Positions 27,972 through 39,100 of a DNA stretch of 64,000 bases are shown piece by piece. The notes beneath the pieces are model-generated. The model did no database searches, was not told where the DNA came from, and saw only the letters and a list, made by a program, of their open reading frames with translations. Position 1 is the stretch's first letter. Each line of letters begins with the position of its first letter. The translations under genes and the position numbers were made by a program. Source of the DNA: an uncultured Flavobacterium sp. (GTDB lineage Bacteria > Bacteroidota > Bacteroidia > Flavobacteriales > Flavobacteriaceae); NCBI RefSeq assembly GCF_963925185.1, contig NZ_CAWURC010000027.1:26220-90219 (forward strand), read 5' to 3'.

Positions 27972-29105
27972 TTAAATTTTAACAACCTCTCCCCTATCAA
28001 AACTACTGTTGCTGCCAATAAGAAAATTAGAAGATTTATGAAGAATTTTAAACGTAAAACCCTTGTTTTTATTTATCTCGAAAGCTTGAATTATCGTTTT
28101 GTAATCAAGATAATTTTGGTCAAAAATAATTTCTGAGACACTATTTTCTGAAAATGATTTAAATATGTCTTGGATTCTAACTGGTGTTTGGAATTTATTT
28201 TTTAATTTTTCTCTCCAAATTTCATCCTCAGAAATCAAAACATAATTATCCGGCGATGATTTTGGTTTTGGTTTTCCTTGAAATAGTTTTACCAATAAAA
28301 AAAACACAATTCCCATTTTCATAAAAATAGAAAAGAAAAAGGATACTCGGAAATGCTTTTTATAGAAAAAACTCATCGCTTCCTGAAAACGTTTCATATA
28401 CGTTCCGTCCTTAATTGTGCTTTCTCCTTTATAATGAATAACAGAAGTTTCGTGAAAATAATAGTTCGACTTTCCTTTTTTCAATGCCATATAACTCAAA
28501 TCGATATCGTCTGAATACATAAAACAATTCTCGTCAAAACCACCTATTTCATTGTACAAATCCCGTTTCATCAACATAAAAGCACCAACAAGAATCTCAA
28601 CTTTTCCAGTTTCATTTTCCGATAAATGACGGGCATAATATTTTCCGAATGCTTCCGGGAAAATTTTGTACACGCCCGTAATTTTTGTAAATGCAACCCA
28701 AGGGGATGGAATTCCTCGTTTGCTCTCTGGCAGGAAATTTCCAGTTCCGTCGATGAGTTTAACACCTACGATTCCTAAGTTATTTTGTTTTTTGGCGAAA
28801 GCCAACACTTTCAAAAAAGTATCTTCGGCAACCACCGTATCTGGATTTAGAATACAAATATATTCGCCTTTGGCAACCAAAACGCCAATATTGTTCCCTT
28901 TTGGAAAACCTGAATTTTCCTTGTTTTCGATTAGTTTGACGTTTGGAAAACGCTCTTTAATCATCGCGCAACTGTCATCAGAGGAATTATTATCGACGAC
29001 AATAATCTCACCATCAATAGTATTTAAAGCGCTTTCGACGCTTAAAACACATTGCTCCAGAAAATAGCGAACGTTATAATTGAGAATGATGACGGATAGT
29101 TGCAT
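27972..29105 (-). CDS. Glycosyltransferase family 2
   Basis: LSVIILNYN, VVDNNSSD, ILNPDT, YSDDIDLS; likely start ATG 29105. Confidence 0.92.
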   Translation of the reverse strand: MQLSVIILNYNVRYFLEQCVLSVESALNTIDGEIIVVDNNSSDDSCAMIKERFPNVKLIENKENSGFPKGNNIGVLVAKGEYICILNPDTVVAEDTFLKVLAFAKKQNNLGIVGVKLIDGTGNFLPESKRGIPSPWVAFTKITGVYKIFPEAFGKYYARHLSENETGKVEILVGAFMLMKRDLYNEIGGFDENCFMYSDDIDLSYMALKKGKSNYYFHETSVIHYKGESTIKDGTYMKRFQEAMSFFYKKHFRVSFFFSIFMKMGIVFFLLVKLFQGKPKPKSSPDNYVLISEDEIWREKLKNKFQTPVRIQDIFKSFSENSVSEIIFDQNYLDYKTIIQAFEINKNKGFTFKILHKSSNFLIGSNSSFDRGEVVKI

Positions 29106-29174
29106 TTTCCAAAGGTATATTTTAAGTTGCAAAGTTTAAAATCAAAAACCTTACTTTTGCAAAAAATTACACTT

Positions 29175-31037
29175 GTGAATTACTTATCAGTAGAAAATAT
29201 TTCGAAATCTTTTGGAGAACGCACCCTTTTCAAAAACATTTCGTTTGGGATTAATAAAGACCAAAAAATTGCCTTTATAGCCAAAAATGGTTCCGGAAAA
29301 ACCACCATAATGAATATTATTAATGGTTTTGACGAACCTGATACAGGACAAGTCGTACTTCGAAAAAGCATCCGAATGGCTTTCTTGTCCCAAGACAGTA
29401 AATTGCAAGACGAATTGACGATTGAAGAAAGCATTTTTGCATCGGATAACGAAACTTTGAAAGTGATTGAAGCTTACGAAAAAGCATTGGAAAATCCAGA
29501 AGATGAGGAAGCCTACCAAAAAGCTTTCGACGGAATGGACCAACATAATGCTTGGGATTTCGAAACGCAATACAAGCAAATTTTGTTCAAATTGAAGTTG
29601 GAAGACTTTAAGTTGAAGGTGAAAAACCTTTCCGGTGGACAGAAAAAACGTTTGTCATTGGCCATCATTTTAATTAATCGTCCCGACTTGTTGATTCTGG
29701 ATGAACCCACGAATCACTTGGACTTGGAGATGATCGAATGGTTGGAAAGTTATTTTGCCAAAGAAAACATCACCTTGTTTATGGTGACGCACGACCGTTT
29801 CTTTTTGGAACGTGTTTGCAATGAAATCATCGAACTCGACAACGGAAAAATATACCAATACAAAGGAAATTATTCGTATTATTTAGAGAAAAAAGAGGAA
29901 CGAATCGCCTCCGAAAATTCGAGTGTGGACAAAGCCCAAAACTTGTTCGTAAAAGAATTAGAATGGATGCGCCGTCAACCAAAAGCGAGAACTTGTAAGA
30001 GCAAATCGCGTCAGGATGATTTTTATGATATAAAGGAAAAAGCGCAAAGTCGCCGTCGCGAGAACGTGATCGAACTCGAAATTAATATGGAACGCATGGG
30101 AAGCAAGATTATAGAGCTTCACAAAATTTCTAAGAAATTTAAGGATCACGTGATTTTGGATAATTTCAATTTCGATTTTCAACGTGGCGAACGCATTGGA
30201 ATCATTGGGAAAAATGGAACTGGAAAATCTACTTTTTTGAATTTGTTAACAGGGACTTTGCCTTTAGATTCTGGAAAAATAGTCGTTGGCGACACCATCA
30301 AAATAGGATATTATACCCAAAGCGGAATTAACCCAAAACCGGGACAGCGCGTGATTGATGTCATTAAGGAATACGGGGAATTTATTCCGTTGATGAAAGG
30401 CCGATTGATTTCGGCTTCACAATTGCTGGAACGTTTTCTTTTTGACTCGAAAAAACAATACGATTTTGTCGAAAAACTGAGCGGTGGCGAGTTAAAACGT
30501 TTGTATTTGTGTACCGTTTTAATCCAAAATCCGAACTTTTTGATTCTGGATGAACCCACGAATGATTTGGATATTGTGACCCTAAATGTCTTGGAAAGTT
30601 TTCTTTTGGATTTTCCGGGTTGCTTGCTGGTAGTTTCGCATGACCGTTACTTTATGGATAAAATTGTTGATAATTTATTTGTTTTTAGAGGACAGGGAGA
30701 AATAGAAAATTTTCCAGGAAATTACTCTGATTTCAGGGCTTATGAAGACAGTGCCGATGTTGCTCAAAAAGAAGACAACAAGTCCGAAAAGAAAGACTGG
30801 AAACAGAACAATCCAACAGGAAACCTGACGTTCAATGAGCAAAAGGAATTTCAGAAGATAGAAAGAGAAATCAAAGATTTAGAAATCGAAAAAGCCAAAA
30901 TCGAACAACTTTTTTCTGACGGAAAAGTAGCCGATGCGGATATTTCGGCCAAAGCGAAAGAACTGGAAAAAATCAACATTAAAATTGAAAATCGAGAAGA
31001 ACGATGGTTTGAACTTTCTGCCAAGATTGAGGGATAA
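29175..31037 (+). CDS. ABC-F family ATP-binding protein (Uup-like)
   Basis: Two ABC domains (AKNGSGKT, LSGGQ, LDEPTNHLD; GKNGTGKS, LSGGE, LDEPTNDLD), no TM segments, C-terminal coiled coil; likely GTG start 29175. Confidence 0.93.
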   Translation: MNYLSVENISKSFGERTLFKNISFGINKDQKIAFIAKNGSGKTTIMNIINGFDEPDTGQVVLRKSIRMAFLSQDSKLQDELTIEESIFASDNETLKVIEAYEKALENPEDEEAYQKAFDGMDQHNAWDFETQYKQILFKLKLEDFKLKVKNLSGGQKKRLSLAIILINRPDLLILDEPTNHLDLEMIEWLESYFAKENITLFMVTHDRFFLERVCNEIIELDNGKIYQYKGNYSYYLEKKEERIASENSSVDKAQNLFVKELEWMRRQPKARTCKSKSRQDDFYDIKEKAQSRRRENVIELEINMERMGSKIIELHKISKKFKDHVILDNFNFDFQRGERIGIIGKNGTGKSTFLNLLTGTLPLDSGKIVVGDTIKIGYYTQSGINPKPGQRVIDVIKEYGEFIPLMKGRLISASQLLERFLFDSKKQYDFVEKLSGGELKRLYLCTVLIQNPNFLILDEPTNDLDIVTLNVLESFLLDFPGCLLVVSHDRYFMDKIVDNLFVFRGQGEIENFPGNYSDFRAYEDSADVAQKEDNKSEKKDWKQNNPTGNLTFNEQKEFQKIEREIKDLEIEKAKIEQLFSDGKVADADISAKAKELEKINIKIENREERWFELSAKIEG

Positions 31038-31107
31038 ATAACTATTTCGAAAAGACTGATTTCAACGTTGCTAATTATCACAATATCTAACCCTAAATAA
31101 ATTGTAC

Positions 31108-31115
31108 TATATTTG
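31108..31115 (+). promoter_or_regulatory. Sigma-A -7 element (TATATTTG) for FKBP gene
   Basis: Exact TAnnTTTG 25 nt upstream of ATG 31141. Confidence 0.6.
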
Positions 31116-31140
31116 CCATTCAAAAAAAATTCCATTCCCT

Positions 31141-31599
31141 ATGAAACACCTCTTATCTTCACTATTAGTCTTAACTCTTTTTATTTCTTGTTCGAAAGAT
31201 AAAGGAACAAATATTGATTACGTTGCTAAAAACGAGCAAGAAATTATAGCCTATATAGCCAAAAACAATTTAACGGCACAACGAAGCAATTCTGGTTTGT
31301 ATTATGTGATTACCAATACTGGAACCGGGACACAACCCAACGCAACATCTAATGTAACCGTAGCTTATAAAGGCTATTATACAAATGGAACCGTGTTCGA
31401 CCAAAGTAGTGCTGCAGGGATTTCATTTGGTTTGAACCGAGTCATAAAAGGATGGACAGAAGGCATTCCTCTTTTTAAAACTGGCGGAAACGGTATTCTT
31501 TTAGTGCCTGCTCATTTAGGTTATGGGAATAATGATTACAGCTCAATTCCTGGCGGCTCGGTCCTTATTTTTGAGGTAAAATTAATTTCAGTAAATTAG
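31141..31599 (+). CDS. FKBP-type peptidyl-prolyl isomerase lipoprotein
   Basis: Lipobox FISC; VAYKGY..GTVFDQS, VIKGWTEG, P.HLGYG, IPGGSVLIFEVKL. Confidence 0.93.
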   Translation: MKHLLSSLLVLTLFISCSKDKGTNIDYVAKNEQEIIAYIAKNNLTAQRSNSGLYYVITNTGTGTQPNATSNVTVAYKGYYTNGTVFDQSSAAGISFGLNRVIKGWTEGIPLFKTGGNGILLVPAHLGYGNNDYSSIPGGSVLIFEVKLISVN

Positions 31600-31622
31600 C
31601 AATTACCAAACTCTAGCTTAAC

Positions 31623-31665
31623 AAAAAAAAACTACAACATAATTTAATCCTGTTGTGGTTTTTTT
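31623..31665. terminator. Bidirectional intrinsic terminator
   Basis: aaaaaactacaac / gttgtggttttttt between convergent genes. Confidence 0.7.
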
Positions 31666-31704
31666 ATTTGTTGCTAATTCCTCTTTTGGGGGTTAAGTGG
31701 TTTT

Positions 31705-33258
31705 TTACCAAGGAATTGGATTGTAGTCTTTCAAAAACTTCCCACTCCAATGTTTTCCCGTATTGATTCCGTCAAACAAAGGATCCATTACCCGCGCTGC
31801 GCCATCTACAATATCCAATGGCGGTTGAAAATCTTGCTCTTCCTGTTTTCTTTTGGCTAATTCGGCAGGATCTTCGTCGGTTACCCAGCCCGTGTCAACG
31901 GCATTCATAAAAATTCCAGCTTTTGCCAAAGTTCCAGAGGAAGTGTGTGTCAGCATATTTAAGGCGGCTTTTGCCATATTTGTATGCGGATGGCGATCTT
32001 CCTTGAAAAAACGGTGAAATTTTCCTTCCATTGCCGATACGTTGATAATATGCTTTTTGCCTGTATTGTCTTTCTTCATTACTTCCGAAAGTCGGTTGCA
32101 CAAAACAAATGGCGCTACCGAATTGACCAATTGCACTTCGATCATTTCTGTGGTTTCAATTTGTCCCAAACGCAATCGCCAGCTGTTTGTTTTTCGCAAA
32201 TCGACTTGTTGTAAATCGGCATCTAATTCTCCTTTAGGGAAAACTTCGGTTGCCACCAATGCCTTATCGAATGAATATGGAATTTGAGATAATTTGGCGG
32301 AAGCCCGCAAACCAATTCCTGGTTCTGGTCCGTGCCAAGTTACCGGCATATTTTCATTGGATGAAAACCCAGTTGTCAAAACTTTTAATTCATCGAGACA
32401 ATTGGTATGATCCAATAATAAATTTTGAGCGTTTATTGGCAAAGCAGCTATTGGTTTTTCTTCGTTTTCCATTAAATGGGAATAAAATCCTGCTGGTCGT
32501 CGCACAGTTTGAGCCGCATTATTGATAAGAATATCCAAACGGTCGTATTTTTGTTCGATAAAATTGCAGAAAATTTCAACACTCGGAATATGTCTTAAAT
32601 CTAATCCGTGAATTTTAAGGCGGTGTCCCCAATCCATAAAATCGTCTTCTTTGGCAAATCGCAAAGCTGAATCTACTGGAAAACGAGTCGTTGCAATAAC
32701 GGTTGCACCGCCACGTAAAAGCATTAAAGAAATGTGGTGTCCAATTTTTAATCGAGAACCTGTTATTATTGCAATTTGCCCCTTTACATCGGCGGTTTGA
32801 AAACGTTTGACGTAATTAAAATCGCCACAATCGGAACACATGGTGTCATAAAAATGATGCATTTTAGTAAACTCCGTTTTGCATACATAACACTTTCTAG
32901 GAGATTCAAATTCTAATTGTTCTTTGTGTTCTATATCATTCGAACCTAATAATTTTGGAGCAACAAAAACGCTTGCTTCTCGGGCATAACGAATTCCGGT
33001 TTCTTTGCGAGCCGTTCTGTCTTTCTTTTCCTGTTTGCGTTTGGCGACCGCTTTTCCGCCCTTTTTTCTTTTAGCTAATTCATCACGATTAGGGCGCGAA
33101 AATTGTCCAGCCGCTTTGAGTAATTCGGTTCTTTGTTCTTTTGGGATGTCAAAAATTTGGTCTGTATCTGCGTTTAATTGTGCTAAAATAGCAATACATT
33201 GGTCAATATCTTCCGAGGTTATGGCGCTTTTATTCTCTATTCCTTCTGTCATCATCAT
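31705..33258 (-). CDS. Extended SDR family oxidoreductase with N-terminal CxxC...CxxC segment
   Basis: [10 protein letters not shown] Rossmann motif, [26 protein letters not shown]; CYVC/CSDC upstream. Confidence 0.85.
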   Translation of the reverse strand: MMMTEGIENKSAITSEDIDQCIAILAQLNADTDQIFDIPKEQRTELLKAAGQFSRPNRDELAKRKKGGKAVAKRKQEKKDRTARKETGIRYAREASVFVAPKLLGSNDIEHKEQLEFESPRKCYVCKTEFTKMHHFYDTMCSDCGDFNYVKRFQTADVKGQIAIITGSRLKIGHHISLMLLRGGATVIATTRFPVDSALRFAKEDDFMDWGHRLKIHGLDLRHIPSVEIFCNFIEQKYDRLDILINNAAQTVRRPAGFYSHLMENEEKPIAALPINAQNLLLDHTNCLDELKVLTTGFSSNENMPVTWHGPEPGIGLRASAKLSQIPYSFDKALVATEVFPKGELDADLQQVDLRKTNSWRLRLGQIETTEMIEVQLVNSVAPFVLCNRLSEVMKKDNTGKKHIINVSAMEGKFHRFFKEDRHPHTNMAKAALNMLTHTSSGTLAKAGIFMNAVDTGWVTDEDPAELAKRKQEEQDFQPPLDIVDGAARVMDPLFDGINTGKHWSGKFLKDYNPIPW

Positions 33259-33375
33259 GAAAATAAATATTGTTTTTGGTTAAAAATACCAAGGTCGCAA
33301 AGATAGTCTTTAAAGTCTTAATTTTGTCTTTTGTATCTTCGCAACTACATTATCAAACAACCTGTAATAATCTTT

Positions 33376-34155
33376 ATGCTATTCCAAATAAAAGCCTATC
33401 TCAAATTCCTTTGGAACTCCAAGAACGAACACGCAGTGCATTCGCCGTTTGTATTTAATTTGATTACCAAATGTTTTTATGACCGCAAACCAAAACCCGA
33501 ATATCAGGTATTAGAAAAATATAGAAATTCGCTTTTAGAAAACAAAAACACGATTAACGTAACCGATTTTGATGCTGGTTCAAAAGTTCTTAAATCGAAT
33601 ACTAGACAAATAAGCAAGATTGCCAAAACCGCTGGAATTACCCAAAAACGTGCCGAACTTTTATTTCGAATTACAACATATTATCAGCCGGAAACCGTTT
33701 TAGAAATAGGAACTTCATTAGGATTAGCGACTTCTGCCCTAGCCTTGGGAAATCCGAAAGCAAAAATTATAACATTAGAAGGTTGTCAGGAAACGGCGAG
33801 TCAATGTCAATTGCAATTGCAAAAATTCAATTTTAACACTGTAGAATTAGTGGTCACTAAATTTTCTACATACTTCAAAATCATCAACCATCAACCATCA
33901 ACCATCAACCTAATTTACTTTGACGGCAATCATTCTAAACAAGCTACATTAGATTATTTTGAACTTTTATTGCCAACTATTTCCAATGAAACTGTTTGGA
34001 TTTTTGACGATGTTCATTGGTCTGCAGAAATGGAAGACGCTTGGGAAATTATTAAAACCCATCCAAAAGTAACCGTTACAATCGACACCTTTCAATGGGG
34101 AATTGTATTTTTTAGAAAAGAACAACCAAAGGAGCATTTTGTGATTCGGGTTTGA
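33376..34155 (+). CDS. Class I SAM-dependent O-methyltransferase
   Basis: VLEIGTSLGLAT, YFDGNH, IFDDVHWS; likely start ATG 33376. Confidence 0.88.
   Translation: MLFQIKAYLKFLWNSKNEHAVHSPFVFNLITKCFYDRKPKPEYQVLEKYRNSLLENKNTINVTDFDAGSKVLKSNTRQISKIAKTAGITQKRAELLFRITTYYQPETVLEIGTSLGLATSALALGNPKAKIITLEGCQETASQCQLQLQKFNFNTVELVVTKFSTYFKIINHQPSTINLIYFDGNHSKQATLDYFELLLPTISNETVWIFDDVHWSAEMEDAWEIIKTHPKVTVTIDTFQWGIVFFRKEQPKEHFVIRV
33882..33909. repeat. Perfect heptamer tandem repeat (CATCAAC)x4 inside methyltransferase CDS
   Basis: catcaac x4; encodes INHQPSTIN. Confidence 0.9.
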
Positions 34156-34156
34156 T

Positions 34157-34203
34157 TTAACCGAAAAGAGCGCAAAGATTTTCGCAAGGTTCACAAAGAT
34201 TTC
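34157..34203. repeat. Degenerate CGCAAAG-type intergenic repeat
   Basis: gcgcaaag..ttcgcaagg ttcacaaag; similar unit at 57891-57930. Confidence 0.45.
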
Positions 34204-34319
34204 AAATTAATATCCCTTGTTTTTTTTATTGATACTAAAATTGTAACAATTTATAAAAACCAAACACTTATATTTGAAATTACATTTCGTACTTTTAAAA
34301 TCGTAAATAGTATATCTAA

Positions 34320-35003
34320 ATGAAGCCACTAATAAAAATAACAAATATCAAGCGAGATTTTGTTCTTGGAGACGAAATCGTTTATGTTCTAAAAGGCATT
34401 GATTTAGAAATAAACAAAGGCGAATATGTAGCATTAATGGGGCCTTCGGGTTCCGGAAAATCAACCTTGATGAATCTTTTGGGTTGTTTGGACACAGCAA
34501 CATCTGGCACTTATATCCTCAACGGAAAAGATGTGAGTCAAATGCACGATGATGAATTAGCTGAAATTCGCAATAAAGAAATAGGTTTTGTTTTTCAAAC
34601 ATTTAACCTTTTGCCACGAACAACAGCACTTGATAATGTGGCTTTACCAATGATTTACGCAGGATATTCCAAGTCAGAAAGAAGGGCTCGAGCTTCAAAA
34701 GTGCTGACTCAAGTTGGACTAGATGACCGAATGGATCACCAACCCAACCAACTTTCTGGCGGACAACGACAAAGAGTAGCTATTGCAAGAGCTTTGGTCA
34801 ATAATCCTTCGATAATTCTTGCTGATGAACCTACAGGAAATTTGGACAGTAAAACATCTGAGGAAATCATGAAACTTCTGGAGGAAATTCACAAAAACGG
34901 AAACACTATAATTGTGGTAACGCACGAGGAAGAAATTGCGGCTCACGCCAAGAGAATCATTCGTTTGAGAGATGGAATGGTCGAAAGCGACATTACGAAA
35001 TAA
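34320..35003 (+). CDS. ABC transporter ATP-binding protein (LolD/MacB-like)
   Basis: [39 protein letters not shown]. Confidence 0.93.
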   Translation: MKPLIKITNIKRDFVLGDEIVYVLKGIDLEINKGEYVALMGPSGSGKSTLMNLLGCLDTATSGTYILNGKDVSQMHDDELAEIRNKEIGFVFQTFNLLPRTTALDNVALPMIYAGYSKSERRARASKVLTQVGLDDRMDHQPNQLSGGQRQRVAIARALVNNPSIILADEPTGNLDSKTSEEIMKLLEEIHKNGNTIIVVTHEEEIAAHAKRIIRLRDGMVESDITK

Positions 35004-35065
35004 TTTATTTGGTCAATCGGCTAAACATTTAACCGATTAAAAATATAACCGATTAAACAATAAAA

Positions 35066-35635
35066 ATGAAAATCTACACAAAAACCGGCGATAAAGGAAC
35101 AACGGCACTTTTTGGCGGAACACGTGTTCCAAAAGACCACATTCGCATAGAAAGTTATGGAACGGTTGACGAATTGAATTCGCATATTGGGTTAATTCGA
35201 GATCAGGAAATAAATCCTCATTATAAAAAAATCCTGGTAGAAATTCAAGATCGATTATTTACTGTTGGAGCCATTCTTGCCACTCCGCCTGAAAAAGAAG
35301 TGAAGAAAAATGGAGAATTGCGTTTGGAAAAACTTGGCGTTTTAGAAAGCGATATTGAATTATTGGAAAATGAAATTGATATTATGGAAGAAGCGCTTCC
35401 GCCAATGACTCATTTTGTTCTACCAGGAGGACACACTACCGTGTCATATTGTCATATTGCCCGATGTGTTTGCCGTCGTGCAGAAAGGATGGCGGTACAT
35501 TTAGACCATAATGAACCCGTTGCCGAAATCGTAATTATGTACCTAAACCGACTTTCTGACTACCTTTTTGTATTGGCACGAAAGTTGTCATTTGACCTAA
35601 AAGCGGAAGAAATAAAATGGATTCCGAGAAAATAG
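35066..35635 (+). CDS. PduO-type cob(I)alamin adenosyltransferase
   Basis: KIYTKTGDKGTT, YGTVDELNS, FVLPGG, RCVCRRAER, YLNRLSDYLF. Confidence 0.95.
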   Translation: MKIYTKTGDKGTTALFGGTRVPKDHIRIESYGTVDELNSHIGLIRDQEINPHYKKILVEIQDRLFTVGAILATPPEKEVKKNGELRLEKLGVLESDIELLENEIDIMEEALPPMTHFVLPGGHTTVSYCHIARCVCRRAERMAVHLDHNEPVAEIVIMYLNRLSDYLFVLARKLSFDLKAEEIKWIPRK

Positions 35636-35778
35636 TGCTCCATTTTAGATGCTTATTCATAGTCAACAGATAAGAGATTTAGAGTGCTATTTAGCATTAA
35701 AAAACCCTAAATAAAAAAACGTTCTTAACTTTAATAAAAAATAATTGCTTTTTTACTTGTCTTTTTCAGTAAAAAATT

Positions 35779-35786
35779 TATTTTTG
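35779..35786 (+). promoter_or_regulatory. Sigma-A -7 element (TATTTTTG) for DUF2795 gene
   Basis: Exact TAnnTTTG followed by CA, TTG about 20 nt upstream. Confidence 0.65.
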
Positions 35787-35808
35787 CACCAAACTAAACA
35801 GACAAAAG

Positions 35809-36030
35809 ATGTATTGGACATTAGAACTAGCATCCTATTTAAGTGATGCACCATGGCCTGCGAACAAAGATGAACTTATCGACTATGCTATTAGAGCTGG
35901 TGCTCCATTAGAAGTGGTGGAAAACCTACAGTCAATAGAAGATGAAGGAGAGATCTATGAATCGATGGAAGAAATATGGCCAGATTATCCTACTGACGAA
36001 GATTATCTTTGGAATGAGGATGAATATTAA
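35809..36030 (+). CDS. DUF2795 protein
   Basis: MYWTLELASYLSDAPWPANKDELIDYAIRAGAP, highly conserved in Bacteroidota. Confidence 0.9.
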   Translation: MYWTLELASYLSDAPWPANKDELIDYAIRAGAPLEVVENLQSIEDEGEIYESMEEIWPDYPTDEDYLWNEDEY

Positions 36031-36044
36031 ATAAAAATCTCAAG

Positions 36045-36073
36045 AAAAAAGTCTCAAAAGAGGCTTTTTTTTT
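36045..36073 (+). terminator. Intrinsic terminator
   Basis: aaaaaagtctc-aaaa-gaggctttttttt. Confidence 0.8.
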
Positions 36074-36163
36074 GTTTAAATTTGCATACTCTAAAATCGA
36101 GGATTTTATATAAAATCAATTAAAAATAATAATTACAATTAATTATTTGAAATAGTTTCAATT

Positions 36164-36191
36164 TGTAAATCGTAATTCGTAATTCGTAAAT
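36164..36191 (+). repeat. Heptamer tandem repeat (CGTAATT-like x4) just upstream of secA
   Basis: tgtaaat cgtaatt cgtaatt cgtaaat. Confidence 0.7.
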
Positions 36192-36195
36192 AAAA

Positions 36196-39100
36196 ATGAC
36201 TTTCATAAATAGTATACTTAAAGTCTTCGTTGGAGATAAATCACAAAAAGACGTCAAGGCATTACAACCTTATTTAACCAAAATTAAAACTTTCGAAAGT
36301 GGTTTGGCTTCATTATCTCACGATGAACTTCGAGCCAGAACAACTTTTTTCAAAGATAAAATAAAACAGGCTCGAGAAGAAAAAGACACAAAAATTGCTT
36401 CACTTAAACTAGAAGCGGAGAGCATCGAAGATATTGACCAACGCGAAGATATTTACTTGGCTATTGATGCCTTGGAAAAAGAAGCCTACGACATTTCTGA
36501 GAAAACCTTAATGGAGATTCTTCCAGAAGCTTTTGCTGTAGTAAAAGAAACTGCTAGACGATTTAAAGAAAACAACCAGATACAAGTAACTGCAACTGCT
36601 AAAGATCGCGAACTTTCGGCTACAAAAAGCTATATTACACTTGATGGCGAAAATAGCATTTGGTCAAATTCATGGAATGCTGCTGGAAAGCAAATTACTT
36701 GGGACATGATTCATTATGATGTACAGTTAATAGGCGGAATGGTTTTGCATGAAGGTAAAATTGCAGAAATGCAAACTGGTGAAGGAAAAACATTGGTAGC
36801 AACTTTGCCACTTTATTTAAATGCTTTGACTGGAAACGGAGTGCATTTGGTAACCGTAAATGATTATTTAGCAAAACGTGATAGTACTTGGAAAGCTCCT
36901 TTATTCGAATTTCACGGTATGACCGTAGATTGTATTGACAATCATCAACCCAATTCTGACGAAAGAAGAAAAGCTTATAACGCTGACATTACTTATGGAA
37001 CAAACAATGAGTTTGGCTTCGATTATTTGAGGGATAATATGGCACATTCGCCAAACGATTTAGTGCAACGGAAACACAATTATGCCATTGTCGATGAGGT
37101 CGATTCGGTCTTGATTGATGATGCAAGAACTCCGTTGATTGTTTCTGGTCCAGTACCAGAAGGTGATCGTCACGAATTCACTGAGTTGAAACCAAAAATT
37201 GAAAACTTAGTGAGTTTACAAAGACAATTAGCCAATGGTTTTTTATCGGAAGCAAAAAAATTAATCAAAGAAGGCAACACAAAAGATGGCGGTTTTATCT
37301 TATTGAGAGCGCATAGATCTTTACCAAAAAATAAGGCCTTAATTAAGTTTTTGAGTGAAGAAGGAATTAAACAATTGCTTCAAAAAACCGAAAACTCCTA
37401 TATGGAAAACAACAATAAAGAAATGCCAAAAGTGGATGAAGCTTTGTATTTTGTTATTGAAGAAAAAAACAATCAGGTGGAATTGACTGATAATGGTGTT
37501 AAATTTCTTTCGGGAGACACCGATACTCAGTTTTTTGTACTTCCAGATATTGGAACCGAAATTGCTCGTATCGAAAAGAAAAATTTAAGCAAAGACTCCG
37601 AGGCTGAAGAAAAAGAAAAACTATTTCAGGATTTCGGAATTAAAAGCGAGCGTATTCATACTTTGACACAATTACTGAAAGCCTATACGCTTTTCGAAAA
37701 AGATGTAGAATATGTGATTATGGACAACAAGATTATGATTGTTGACGAGCAAACAGGGCGTATTATGGATGGTCGTCGTTATTCTGATGGTTTACACCAA
37801 GCAATTGAAGCCAAAGAAAACGTAAAAATTGAAGACGCAACCCAAACTTTCGCAACGGTTACCTTACAGAATTATTTCAGAATGTACAGCAAATTAGCCG
37901 GTATGACTGGAACTGCCGTTACTGAAGCTGGTGAGTTATGGCAAATATATAAATTGGATGTTGTAGAAATTCCTACTAACAGACCAATGGTGCGTGAGGA
38001 CAAAGAAGATTTTATTTATAAAACCACTCGCGAAAAATTCAATGCCGTAATCGAAGATGTAACTCAATTATCAAATGCAGGAAGACCTGTTTTGATTGGA
38101 ACAACATCAGTAGAAATTTCGGAATTATTAAGTCGAATGTTAAAAATGCGTGGTGTTGCCCATAACGTTTTGAATGCAAAAATGCACAAACAAGAGGCAC
38201 AAATTGTTGAAGAAGCAGGGAAGTCAGGAGTTGTAACCATTGCTACTAATATGGCTGGTCGTGGAACGGATATTAAATTATCTGCCGAAGTGAAAGCCGC
38301 TGGAGGTCTAGCAATTGTTGGCACGGAACGTCATGATTCACGTCGTGTTGACCGTCAATTACGTGGTCGTGCAGGTCGTCAAGGAGATCCTGGGAGTTCC
38401 CAGTTTTATGTTTCTTTAGAAGACAACCTAATGCGTTTATTTGGTTCTGAAAGAGTGGCAAAAGTAATGGACCGAATGGGATTGCAGGAAGGTGAAGTGA
38501 TCCAACATTCGATGATGACCAAATCAATCGAAAGAGCACAGAAAAAAGTCGAAGAAAATAATTATGGCGTTCGTAAACGTTTATTGGAATATGATGACGT
38601 TATGAATGCACAACGCGAGGTGGTATACAAACGCCGTCGTCACGCTTTGCACGGAGAACGATTGAAACTGGATATTGCCAATATGCTGTATGACACTTGC
38701 GATTTAATTGCAACTGACAATAAATTATCGAATGATTTCAAGAATTTCGAATTCGAATTGATTCGCTATTTCTCTATCACTTCACCAATTACCGAAAGCG
38801 ATTTCAATAAATTGACCGAAATCGAATTGACCGGGAAGTTATATAAAGCCGCCTCAGCATTTTATTATGAAAAAACCGAACGTAGCGCAAGAGAAGCATT
38901 CCCTATTATAAAAAATGTTTATGAAGATAAAAATAACCAATTCGAACGTATCATTGTTCCGTTTACCGATGGAATAAAATCCTTGAATGTGGTTACTGAT
39001 TTGAAACGTGCCTACGAATCAAACGGAAATCAATTGGTTGCCGATTTCGAGAAAAACATCACTTTAGCTATTGTTGATGAAGCATGGAAAAAGCATTTGC

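Noticed and set aside
29100-29174. Upstream extensions given by the ORF track for several genes (mmsA, ABC-F, GT2, MFS, OsmC, OB-fold, yegP)
   Set aside because: They overlap promoters or divergent genes; downstream starts fit family N-termini better
35066-35635. Functional link of adenosyltransferase with the B12 radical SAM gene
   Set aside because: About 18 kb apart among housekeeping genes; class B radical SAM enzymes use methylcobalamin, not adenosylcobalamin
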